Positions 6,519-15,532 of a stretch of DNA of 38,302 nt are shown in pieces (the stretch's first letter is position 1; the number at the start of each line of letters is the position of its first letter). Source of the DNA: a virus. Taxonomy: Duplodnaviria; Caudoviricetes. The notes below the pieces were generated by a model. That model was not told where the DNA came from and made no database searches. It worked only from the letters and a program-made list of their open reading frames with translations. Where the stretch lies: positions 1 through 38,302 of the IMG/VR virus record IMGVR_UViG_3300025968_000009; one strand, given 5' to 3'. The position numbers and the translations under genes are program-made.

Positions 6519-8968
6519 CCCAGCCGTAGCGCGATCAGTTTGGTCAGGGACGCTTTCGCGGTCCCCGGCTGGTCACCCGTCACACGGTATCGGATCACCA
6601 GATCGCCCGCCGTGACGGTGACAAGGTTCGTCTGCTGGATGAGGTACCACCAGCCGGTCGTCGCGCTCTCCAGGATCTGCAGCGCGGATCCCGTCCGCGC
6701 CACGTTCGCGGAGTCCGTGAGGACGTGGTACGTGTGGGACGCGGTTCCGTTGTTCCGGGTCATCTGGAGGGTGGAGAGGATGAGCCACGTCCCCGCAGAC
6801 GGGAGGGTGAGGTCCAGGATCGTGGTGATCGCCTGGAACCCTACATCTCCGCCCAGGACCGCGCTGGCATACGTGAGGCCAGCCGTGGGCAGACTCCAGA
6901 CTCCATCGTCCCGGAGAAACTTGGTCCCGTCCTTGGTCCCAGACCCCACGCCCAGGGCCACGGTGCGGTTGCCGCCCACGCCGCCCAGGGTCTTGGTCAC
7001 GACCCCATCCACGTCTACCTTGTCGTACAGGTACCCAGGCGTGTCGCCCGCACTCGCCGCGACCGTCCCGCCCGACGTCCCGCCGCCGCCTCCGGGGTTC
7101 CCGCCCAGGGAGAGGGAGGAGGACCCGGACCCGCCCGTGCTGGAGGACTTGCTGAGCGCGTCCAGTTGCCGACGCATCCGGACGGACGCGTCCAGGGAGA
7201 CGCTGTTCAGGTCCAGGACCACGTTGTAGTCCAGGGACTCGCGATGGCTGATGGTGATCCCCACCAGCCTCTCCACGGTCACCACGCCCGTCCCAGCCGC
7301 GTCCAGGGCGATCCAGTCGCCCAGCCGATAATCCTCCCAGGGTTCGTACTGGCCCGCCGTGAGGAGACCGTGGTCGACCGGGATGGATCGCGCCTCATCC
7401 TCCAGGACCGCGATGGCGAGTGCCTGTTCGCCCGCCCGCGCGAGGTCCGTGGCCGTGTCGGACGTCGCCATGCTCAGGAAGCCTTCGCGCCTCCCGATGG
7501 TCGGGATCGCCTCCAGGGCGGGGTTCGTGACCTCCACCAGACGCCCGCCCGCGCCCTCCACCAGGAACCGGGTCCGGAGATCCACGAAGTGGCCCAGGTC
7601 TACCACGTCGCCCAGGAAGTGCGACCCCTTCCGGAGGATCACGTCCGCCGTCCGGTCGCGCGCCATGTCCACGAACGCGGAGAGTTTCAGGTCGTGGCTC
7701 ATCGTCCCCTCCAGGCCCAGGGCGACGAGTTGCCGCCATACGTCCAGGAGAGACGTCCCCGCGTGGAATGAGAGGTCGAAGGTGTTGGGCCAGGGATTGC
7801 CCTGGGAGTCCACCGTCCCATCGAAGTCGTAGGTGAGGTCGGTGATCGCCCCGCGCGCCTGGGCGCGGTCGATGAGGGTGGAGAGGATCGCCCCGAACGT
7901 CTCCCCGGCGAACGTGGCATCGTTCGTCGCCGTGCTGGGAATGTAGAGGTGGACCCCGATCCAGGACCCCGACGCGGAGTTGGTCGTGATCTTGTCGCCC
8001 GTGTCGCCCAGGGCAGGACCGTTCAGGTACGAACTCTGGAGGACGCGCCCCGTCCGCTGGGCATCGTCCGTCGCCTCCGTGTACCCGACCGGAGGGGTCA
8101 TCCCTGGACCGGACGGACCGCCCGCCGTGGACGCCGCGAAGGTCAGGAGGGTCCCGTCTACCACCTCCACGCCCAGGGAGGGAGACTTGATCGCCGTGCC
8201 GGATCCCTGGGTCGCGGACGCGAACGCGTAGGTCGTGTAGTCCGTGGACGCGTTCATCAGCGCGACGATGTTCACGACGGCCTGGGAGACCGTGGAGAAA
8301 GCCCACTTGTAGGACGTCCCCTCCGACGATCCCGCTGCCTTCCGGTACAGGGTGACGCCCAGGGTCGTCCCGTAGTTGATCCGCCGAAACTCGGTCCACC
8401 CCAGGGGAGGCGAGACGGTCTTGCTGGACCCGCCCGCGAACGCGACTGCCGCGATGAGGACGTCCCCGTTCGCCGTCCCCGTGGGCTTGTTGCACGTCAC
8501 CGTGGTAGCGCCCGCCTCCGCGTTCGCCGCGTGTGACGCGGACCGGACGGACGCCGGGGAGATCGGCCAGGAGGGCGGGTAGACCACCGCCCTCTCCATC
8601 ATCGAAAGGGCACCGCGCCCCTTCATGTGCCAGTTCTCGCCCCGCGCCTCCTGGACGGAGGTCAGGACCTCCACCGGCTCCTCCATCCACCACGATGCGC
8701 GGTAGACCCCGCCGGTCTTCACCTTCACCAGATTGCCCTTGGCCAGGATCTCCGGGGTGGCCTTCGGATCGCTCCGCGACAGGGAGAACCGCCCGGACCC
8801 GACCTCGCTCATCTCCACCTGGAGGGCCGCGTCCCATGCGTTCTCCAGGGTCGCGAGCATCGTCCCTGGGTTCCCGCCGTCGTAAACGTCGAGTTCGATG
8901 GGGAGGCCGACGAGCGCACCCGGCTCCAGGATCTCCAGGAACTTGCCCTGGCTGGTCCGCGTTGCCAT
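6515..8968 (-). CDS. tail tip/baseplate hub (Tal-like) minor tail protein with inserted beta domain and C-terminal fibre region
   Basis: N-terminal SEVGSGRFSL, later YRLGDWI hub motifs, Gly-rich linker, FLRDDGVW fibre motif; position after Dit. Confidence 0.75.
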   Translation of the reverse strand: MATRTSQGKFLEILEPGALVGLPIELDVYDGGNPGTMLATLENAWDAALQVEMSEVGSGRFSLSRSDPKATPEILAKGNLVKVKTGGVYRASWWMEEPVEVLTSVQEARGENWHMKGRGALSMMERAVVYPPSWPISPASVRSASHAANAEAGATTVTCNKPTGTANGDVLIAAVAFAGGSSKTVSPPLGWTEFRRINYGTTLGVTLYRKAAGSSEGTSYKWAFSTVSQAVVNIVALMNASTDYTTYAFASATQGSGTAIKSPSLGVEVVDGTLLTFAASTAGGPSGPGMTPPVGYTEATDDAQRTGRVLQSSYLNGPALGDTGDKITTNSASGSWIGVHLYIPSTATNDATFAGETFGAILSTLIDRAQARGAITDLTYDFDGTVDSQGNPWPNTFDLSFHAGTSLLDVWRQLVALGLEGTMSHDLKLSAFVDMARDRTADVILRKGSHFLGDVVDLGHFVDLRTRFLVEGAGGRLVEVTNPALEAIPTIGRREGFLSMATSDTATDLARAGEQALAIAVLEDEARSIPVDHGLLTAGQYEPWEDYRLGDWIALDAAGTGVVTVERLVGITISHRESLDYNVVLDLNSVSLDASVRMRRQLDALSKSSSTGGSGSSSLSLGGNPGGGGGTSGGTVAASAGDTPGYLYDKVDVDGVVTKTLGGVGGNRTVALGVGSGTKDGTKFLRDDGVWSLPTAGLTYASAVLGGDVGFQAITTILDLTLPSAGTWLILSTLQMTRNNGTASHTYHVLTDSANVARTGSALQILESATTGWWYLIQQTNLVTVTAGDLVIRYRVTGDQPGTAKASLTKLIALRLG

Positions 8969-10312
8969 CTAGGTCGTCTCCTCCACGTAGACCAGACCAG
9001 AGACCGCCCCGGATGGGACCGTCACCGTCGCCGCCGGGAGGGGCGCGATCCCGCTGTTCGCCGGGTGGAAGTTCGGAGATCGGGTCAGCCACGCGACGAT
9101 GCCCATCGTCTGCTCAGACGGGAGGCCCAGGTTCAGGACCGCCCGCGACGTCTCCGCCGCCTGGGGCGGGACCGCCTCCTCTATCACCCAGACCTCCGAC
9201 AGACCACGGTTGGTCCCAGACCCGCCCGACGCGATGGCGACCTCCACGTAGGTCGAGACCTTCGGGGTCGCGAGCCAGTAGACCTGTCGCAGCGCGCCCA
9301 CCGGGTACTGCGTGTCCCTGGACGCCGCCGTCCCCACCGGGACGGTGATCGTCCCATCCTGGGAGGACGCATCATCGAACCGGAACCGGGGGATCCCCCA
9401 GGAGTTCACCAGCGCGCCCTCCAGGACCACCGCGACAATCCGCTTGGCGGATCCCCAGGTGAACCGGATCCACGCCGCTGCGCCCGATGTGGACTGCCAC
9501 TCCGCCGCCGTCCGGTCCATCGCGAACCCTGGGACGTTCGATCCATTCGTGGAGGAGACGGTGATCGCCGGGGCGACAGGGACGGACGCGTCCAGGAACT
9601 GCCCGAAGCCGTCCCCGTAGAGGTCGACCTGTCCCAGGACGTACTGCTCCGTGGGGTTGATGTGGTTCAGGTACGGGAACACTTCCAGGTCCTTGGCGGA
9701 GAGGTAGAGGTAGAGCGCCCGGAGGAACCCCGCGAAGATCACGCCCTCATACATGGACTTGTTCAGGTAGAGGTAGAGGGACCGGGCCAGGATCCCGATC
9801 ACGCCCTCATACATCGCGACGTTCACGTAGACGTAGAGGGATCTGGGGTTGTCGCCCACGCCCGCGATCTCAGAGTAGACCGCCTTGTTCACGTAGGTGT
9901 AGAGGGACCTGGGGATCCCCGCGCCGCCCGCCTGTTCGAACGGGACCGCGACCGCGTACCGTCCGGTGATGCCTGGACCCGCGCCCACCAGGACCCCAAA
10001 GGACCGCGCCCGGTAGTACCAGCGCCCATTCCCCAGGGCGGCTGTCGTCCAGGACGCCGCGACGTCCGCCCATCCCAGGACGGAGACGTTCGGAGACGTC
10101 TGGGCCTCCGGTGACGTGAACGTCCCCGCCCGATCCACCTGGAACGATACGTAGCCGCTCCGCCGGAAGGGATCCAGGTTCTTGGCCTGGAGGGAGGCGG
10201 TGGAGGACGTGTTCGTCCCGCCCGACGCGGGCGAGGTCAGGAGGACTTGCACGTTCCGCATGAACGCGCCCGCCATCCTGGGACCGGGCTGGACGTTCGT
10301 CGCGCCGATCAC
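8969..10312 (-). CDS. minor tail protein with FN3/IPT-like and discoidin-like segments and four RSLY repeats
   Basis: LGNGRWYYRARS, PYLNHINP..VDLYGDGFG, AWIRFTW motifs; tail module. Confidence 0.65.
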   Translation of the reverse strand: MIGATNVQPGPRMAGAFMRNVQVLLTSPASGGTNTSSTASLQAKNLDPFRRSGYVSFQVDRAGTFTSPEAQTSPNVSVLGWADVAASWTTAALGNGRWYYRARSFGVLVGAGPGITGRYAVAVPFEQAGGAGIPRSLYTYVNKAVYSEIAGVGDNPRSLYVYVNVAMYEGVIGILARSLYLYLNKSMYEGVIFAGFLRALYLYLSAKDLEVFPYLNHINPTEQYVLGQVDLYGDGFGQFLDASVPVAPAITVSSTNGSNVPGFAMDRTAAEWQSTSGAAAWIRFTWGSAKRIVAVVLEGALVNSWGIPRFRFDDASSQDGTITVPVGTAASRDTQYPVGALRQVYWLATPKVSTYVEVAIASGGSGTNRGLSEVWVIEEAVPPQAAETSRAVLNLGLPSEQTMGIVAWLTRSPNFHPANSGIAPLPAATVTVPSGAVSGLVYVEETT

Positions 10313-10315
10313 GGC

Positions 10316-10627
10316 TCAGGACCCCAGGAGGGTTCCGGAGAAGTTCTTGCTGGACCCGCTTGCTTGGTACGCCTGGACCACGCACGCCTGGGTGTTCGGG
10401 ATCGTGGTCGGAGAGTCGTAGATCACGCCCGTCTGTCCCGCCGGGACGTTCATCGGCGCGACGATGTTGGACGCGTTGATCTGGATCCTCATCTGGAACG
10501 CCTGGGCCGCATCATCGCAGGACAGAGACGCCCCGATGATCTGCTTGGTCCCGTCGCCCGTCACCGTCGCGACCGTCACCCAGGTAGCCGTCGCGACCGC
10601 GACCGCCGATGCGTTGGCGAGTGCCAT
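10316..10627 (-). CDS. small beta-rich minor tail protein
   Basis: 103 aa, Ala/Thr/Val rich, GGAGG RBS, tail module. Confidence 0.65.
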   Translation of the reverse strand: MALANASAVAVATATWVTVATVTGDGTKQIIGASLSCDDAAQAFQMRIQINASNIVAPMNVPAGQTGVIYDSPTTIPNTQACVVQAYQASGSSKNFSGTLLGS

Positions 10628-10639
10628 GATCTCCTCCCT

Positions 10640-11494
10640 CTACGTGTAGGACGCGACGGTGGTCACGATCCGCGCGAACCTGGGACCCAGGAGGGCACCC
10701 AGGGCTGGGGTCGTGCAGCGGACGTAGAGGGTCGCGGACTCCGCTCCCGCCGACAGGGACGCGATGTTGATCGTCACGACCCAGTTCACTCCGTCCTCGG
10801 AGATCGCGAAGTCGGCATCGTTGCATTGCACGTTGATCGTGTTCGCGGTCTTGGATCCGGAGACGTTCTTGAGCCGGAACTGTCGGACCACCGTGGTCCC
10901 CAGGGGCTGATCTGCGAAGTCCTCCGGGGCCGTGAACTCCACCCCAGGCGTGTCGTCGTGGTTGATGTAGATGATGTCGTCCGGGGTTTGCCCTGCCGCC
11001 TTCTCCCCGTACCAATGGCAGATGTAGATCTCCCTCATCCCATCGTTCGCGATGTAGCGGTACGCCCGGACCACCCGCTTCGGCCCCGTGAACGAAACGG
11101 CCTTGATATCGGACCTCCACGCGTAGGTGTTCGCCTTCCCTGGGTACCCGCCGGGCATGGATGCCGTCTCCCAGGACCCATCCTGGCCGTTCACGGAGTC
11201 CGTGGATCCCTGGACCCCGGTGATCGGCTGCTCGCTGCCCGCGCCGCCGTCATCCTGGACCCAGATGTAGATCGCTGTGACCTCCCTGGACTCTGGGAAG
11301 AACATCTCCACGCCGATGTTCTGTCCGGACTGGCCCATGATCCAGGAGACCGCCGTGTAGTCGTAGTCGTTGAGTTCGATTGCCTCCGTGCTATTGAGCC
11401 AGGAGTTGACGCCGGTCACCGCCGCCCATCGCCCGACCTGGGTCCCATCGTTGTCGTACGGCATCCTCCGATCCGGGAGCGCGGTGTAGGGCAT
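10640..11494 (-). CDS. minor tail protein (possible discoidin-like plus Ig-like domains)
   Basis: 284 aa between Dit and hub genes; VQGSTDS..GSWET motif. Confidence 0.65.
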   Translation of the reverse strand: MPYTALPDRRMPYDNDGTQVGRWAAVTGVNSWLNSTEAIELNDYDYTAVSWIMGQSGQNIGVEMFFPESREVTAIYIWVQDDGGAGSEQPITGVQGSTDSVNGQDGSWETASMPGGYPGKANTYAWRSDIKAVSFTGPKRVVRAYRYIANDGMREIYICHWYGEKAAGQTPDDIIYINHDDTPGVEFTAPEDFADQPLGTTVVRQFRLKNVSGSKTANTINVQCNDADFAISEDGVNWVVTINIASLSAGAESATLYVRCTTPALGALLGPRFARIVTTVASYT

Positions 11495-11506
11495 CGTCGG
11501 GCCTCC

Positions 11507-12331
11507 TCAGGCGTGATACGGAATGTCGATGGTAGACGTGAGGGACCCGCCTGGGGACGTCGCGGAGACGGAGATCGCGTTCGTCCCCGGCTCCAGGACC
11601 ATCCACCGGAAGTCCCCGGAGTGCCGGATGGATCCGATGGCGTTCACCCCATCATTCTCCGCCGTGAACGCCTTGCAATCCACGATGAGGTGCTTGGTCG
11701 CCGCGACGGTGACTAGGCACTCCAGGTAGATCCCGTTCGTCGTGTTCGTGAACCGGGGATTGCTGATCGGACCCGTGAAGTCCAGGACCACGCCCGACGT
11801 CCGCGCGCTCCCAGGGTTCGCGAGGTTGAACGCTGTCGGACTCGCGGGGATTGCCCGCGCCGTGTCCACCAGATCCGTCCCGTAGAAGTACGGATCCGCC
11901 AGGAGGAAGTCCACGGTCGCGAGGAACGCTTGCCGCCGCCCGCGCTGCTCCGTCGCCTGGAAGCCGACCACCTCCGCCTGGGCCGTCCTGGAGGATCCGT
12001 CCGGGAGGACGTGGACCAGCGCGAACGTCCCCGGCTTCGCGAACAGGGTCCGCAGCGTGTCGAGGTTCATCTGCGCCTGGGCCTGGACGTTCGCCTCGGT
12101 GAGACCGCCCGCCGCGTCCATGTCGGTGATGAGGAGACCCAGGCCCACGCGCCGCGCGTCGGGCAGTTTCGGCTTCCACCGCCTCCCCTGGAGGTTCGGG
12201 ACCGCCAGATCCTCCCCGCGCAGAGGACCGAAGTCCTCCACGTCATCCAGGGACCGGACCATCGTCGCGTAGGTGGAGAGGTCCGTCCCCGCGAACGTCC
12301 AGCGGTCCGCCGCGATGGCGAGCGTGGTCAT
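11507..12331 (-). CDS. distal tail protein (Dit, siphovirus tail component)
   Basis: immediately after tape measure; DFLLADPYFYG, NPGS, GPISNP, LEPGTNAI motifs. Confidence 0.85.
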   Translation of the reverse strand: MTTLAIAADRWTFAGTDLSTYATMVRSLDDVEDFGPLRGEDLAVPNLQGRRWKPKLPDARRVGLGLLITDMDAAGGLTEANVQAQAQMNLDTLRTLFAKPGTFALVHVLPDGSSRTAQAEVVGFQATEQRGRRQAFLATVDFLLADPYFYGTDLVDTARAIPASPTAFNLANPGSARTSGVVLDFTGPISNPRFTNTTNGIYLECLVTVAATKHLIVDCKAFTAENDGVNAIGSIRHSGDFRWMVLEPGTNAISVSATSPGGSLTSTIDIPYHA

Positions 12332-14769
12332 GAGAGGACCCCCATGTAGGCGAGTTTCCGCATCTCACGCGCGACGGACGTCCCCGCCGGTTCCGGGATC
12401 GGGTTGTTCACGGTGACGGAGACCGCTTGCTGCTTCTGGGTCAGACCCTGCCCGTAGTTCAGCACCGCCTCCCCTCCCCGGATCATCTCCGCCGGTCGCG
12501 CCGGGACGATCATCTCGCCCTCATGCACCATCGCCATGCCCGTGTACGGGACCCGATCCGTCCCCGTCTCAAACTTCGGGATGAGACCGCCCAGGAACCC
12601 AGCGATGTTCCCGCCAATGTCCCCGATCACGCCCGCGACCTTCCCAGGGAGATCCAGGATCCAGCGCATGAACGCCTCCACCGCCTTGCGGGCGATATCC
12701 GCGAACTGCCCGACCAGACCGCCGATCTTCCCAGGGATCCCCAGGATGGTCGAGACCACCTTCCCCACCAGCCCGACCACGTTCCCGACCACGGAGGACG
12801 CGACCCGGACGAACACGCCCAGGATCTGCCCGACCAGACCCGCGATCCGCCCAGGGAGCGACAGGTAGAAGCCGACCACGCGACCGATGAGACCCGCGAC
12901 CGCCTCCACCACGGACGCCGCGATCTGGCCGAAGATCCCCAGGATCTCCCCGACGATCCCGACGATGGCCCCAGGGATCCCCAGGAAGAAGTCGATGATC
13001 CCCTGGACGAACGCCTGGATCTGGGGCATCGCCTGGGCGATGAGATCCCCGACGAACCCCAGGATGGCGAGGAACGCTTCCCAGACCCGGACCGGGAACA
13101 GGAGAACGTAGTCGATCCAGAGTTGCACCGCCTGTCCGATCAGGTCCCCGATGCCTCCCAGGACGTCCCCGATCACCGCGAACGCCGCGCCGAACGCGTC
13201 CCCGACCACCTGGAGGAGACCGCCCAGGGCGTCCCCGATCCATTCCAGGATCCCGCCCACGAAGCCGAACACTTGCTCCCGGATCTCCGGGTTCAGGATC
13301 AGGACCGCGATGGCCGCGACGATTGCTCCGATAATGATGAACGGCAACGCTGCCATGATGATCGGGATGGCCGCGCCCATGATCGCGACCGCCCCGGAGA
13401 ACATCGCGGAGAGACCCGCGCCCAGGGCCGGGACCAGCGCGCCGATCCCGCCGATCAGAGAGGACCCCAGGGCCGGGAGGAGTTTCGTCGCGAGGGTTCC
13501 GCCCAGATCGATTGCCTTCCCCGCGACCGCCCCCAGACCGGACGCCGCCGCCGGGAGGAGGTAGACCATCGGACCCAGGGCCTCCCCGACCCCGGCAACG
13601 CCCGTGAACAGATCCCCGAAGCCGACCTTTAGCCCATTGATCGCGCGTTTCAGGACGTCCCCGGAACTGTCCGTGTCCGCGACCGCCTTCTCCACCGTCT
13701 CCGATCCATCGGAGATCGTGGTGAACAGTTCGCCCAGATCGAACCGCCCCTCCCGGATCGCCGCCGCCATATCGGGACCCGCACGCGCCCCGAACAGTTC
13801 CAGGGCCAGGGCGTTCGCCTCGCCCGCCGTCCCCGCGGCTTTGATCGCCGCGATCTGCTCCTGGAGTTTCGCTGGCACGTCCGCAGAGGCCATCGCGGAG
13901 TCGAGTTTGGCCTGGGAGTCCTGGAGGGCCACGTTCGCCTTCCGCGCCTCATCGGACCCTTCCCCGTACTTCTTGACGGCCTTGTTGTACGCCTTCTGGG
14001 CCTCCGTCACCTTCGCCTGTTGTTCGTTGACGGTGGAGGACTCCTTGGCCATCTTGCCCAGGGCGATCCGGAGGGACCCCATTACCAACTCAGAGTTCAC
14101 GCCCTCCTTCTCAAACTTGCCCAGGAGACCGATGGACTCCTCAAACGAAAAGCCCACCTGTCGGAGGGGCGCGCCAAACTGGACCACGGACTGGCCGAGT
14201 TGATCCACCCCGATCCCCGTGGACTGGCTCGCCCGGAACAGGGCATCCAGGGTCGCCCCCTGGTCCTCCGTCGCGATGGACCAGTCCCCGAATACGCGGG
14301 TGAGGGACGCGACGTTGCCCACCGCGTCCGTCCCCGTGATCCTGGACAGGTCGAGGACCTTCTTTGTGAGTCCCTGGAGATCGTCCCCCGTCGCCCCCGT
14401 CCGGGTGTTCAGATCCGCCAGGACTTGCCCGACCGTCCCCATGTCGTCCGTGACGGTCCCGGCGACGTTCTTGAAGTCGGCGTTTAGCCCTTTCAGGGCA
14501 TCGCCCGTCGCCCCCGTTCCCACGCGGATCTTGTCGTAGGCATCATCCACCTGGGTTCCCATGTTGATCCCGGCGAGGGCCACCGTCCCGAACGCCGCGC
14601 CCAGACCCGCGCCGATCTTGGTCGCGGTGAGTCCGGACTTGATCCTCTGGCCCAGGGTCTTCCCGGCCTTGTCCCCCGCCTCGCCCGCGGACGTGTCGAT
14701 ATCCCGTTTGAAGTTCTTGTCGTCCAGGAGCATCCGGGCATAGACGTCCGCGACCGCGACACCCGCCAT
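12328..14769 (-). CDS. tape measure protein (TP901-type core)
   Basis: 813 aa; Ala/Gly-rich; ELFGARAG, FSFEES core motifs; ~11-aa amphipathic repeats; C-terminal GTDRVP..AMVHEGE. Confidence 0.92.
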   Translation of the reverse strand: MAGVAVADVYARMLLDDKNFKRDIDTSAGEAGDKAGKTLGQRIKSGLTATKIGAGLGAAFGTVALAGINMGTQVDDAYDKIRVGTGATGDALKGLNADFKNVAGTVTDDMGTVGQVLADLNTRTGATGDDLQGLTKKVLDLSRITGTDAVGNVASLTRVFGDWSIATEDQGATLDALFRASQSTGIGVDQLGQSVVQFGAPLRQVGFSFEESIGLLGKFEKEGVNSELVMGSLRIALGKMAKESSTVNEQQAKVTEAQKAYNKAVKKYGEGSDEARKANVALQDSQAKLDSAMASADVPAKLQEQIAAIKAAGTAGEANALALELFGARAGPDMAAAIREGRFDLGELFTTISDGSETVEKAVADTDSSGDVLKRAINGLKVGFGDLFTGVAGVGEALGPMVYLLPAAASGLGAVAGKAIDLGGTLATKLLPALGSSLIGGIGALVPALGAGLSAMFSGAVAIMGAAIPIIMAALPFIIIGAIVAAIAVLILNPEIREQVFGFVGGILEWIGDALGGLLQVVGDAFGAAFAVIGDVLGGIGDLIGQAVQLWIDYVLLFPVRVWEAFLAILGFVGDLIAQAMPQIQAFVQGIIDFFLGIPGAIVGIVGEILGIFGQIAASVVEAVAGLIGRVVGFYLSLPGRIAGLVGQILGVFVRVASSVVGNVVGLVGKVVSTILGIPGKIGGLVGQFADIARKAVEAFMRWILDLPGKVAGVIGDIGGNIAGFLGGLIPKFETGTDRVPYTGMAMVHEGEMIVPARPAEMIRGGEAVLNYGQGLTQKQQAVSVTVNNPIPEPAGTSVAREMRKLAYMGVLS

Positions 14770-15180
14770 CTACGCTCCTCCTCTCACTCTGTCCGGGAAC
14801 ATCGTAGCCAACGCGTCCACGCGCCTCCACGTCTCATCGAAGGTCGGCACGTGCCGTTCCTCGCCCGCCTGGGCGATGCGCGCGGCCTTCCCCCGCCGCT
14901 TCAGTTTGCGGAGGGCCACGTACACGTCGGTCATGCCTTCACGGACGCCGGTCTGGAGGAGGACCAGATGATCGTCGGCCTCCCGGAGGACCCGCTGCTG
15001 CGAGGCCTCCCAGAGGAGGAGGAACTGCGTGTCGTCTAAACGCGAGTCGACTTGCGCGGGGTCGAGACCCCAGACGGCGAGGGCGTGTTCGTAGAGTCCT
15101 GCGAGGCCGATTGGCTTGCGACCGCCAGGCCCAAGTTTCGGACCTCTCCCAGGACTCCGCGTAGGTCCGTCACGAAAGGG
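14770..15180 (-). CDS. tail assembly chaperone -1 frameshift extension (gpGT-like)
   Basis: -1 frame open from slippery site CCCTTTC (15174-15180) to the stop adjacent to the TMP start. Confidence 0.7.
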   Translation of the reverse strand, partial: PFRDGPTRSPGRGPKLGPGGRKPIGLAGLYEHALAVWGLDPAQVDSRLDDTQFLLLWEASQQRVLREADDHLVLLQTGVREGMTDVYVALRKLKRRGKAARIAQAGEERHVPTFDETWRRVDALATMFPDRVRGGA

Positions 15181-15506
15181 TATGAGATCTCCAGGAGATC
15201 CCGGAAGGCCGTATAGACCTCCTGGTCGTCCACGTGCGAGTCGATCCACTCCTGGTCGCCCAGGACGCCCGTCGTGTCGTACTGGCGGACCAGATCGAAC
15301 ATCTGGTCCCCCAGGACGTTCCCGACCTCCGCGACGGAGTCCATATCGGTCATGGAGAGACCGGAGACCGTCCCCAGGGCCTTCCCCAGGTTCTCCTTCC
15401 AGACCCGCGAGGGACCACGCTTGAGCGTAGGCACCTCGCGGATCTCGCCGCCCCATCGGACCGGGACCACGCCCCGGAGTTTCTGTTCCTCTGTCCTTCG
15501 ATCCAT
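15036..15506 (-). CDS. tail assembly chaperone (gpG-like)
   Basis: between tail tube and TMP; contains C-CCT-TTC slippery heptamer. Confidence 0.8.
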   Translation of the reverse strand: MDRRTEEQKLRGVVPVRWGGEIREVPTLKRGPSRVWKENLGKALGTVSGLSMTDMDSVAEVGNVLGDQMFDLVRQYDTTGVLGDQEWIDSHVDDQEVYTAFRDLLEISYPFVTDLRGVLGEVRNLGLAVASQSASQDSTNTPSPSGVSTPRKSTRV

Positions 15507-15532
15507 CCCTGGACCCTCCTCTCAGCCCGACG

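Noticed and set aside
9700-9915. Diversity-generating retroelement TR/VR pair
   Set aside because: Short in-frame tandem repeats, differences not adenine-specific, and no reverse transcriptase in the window.
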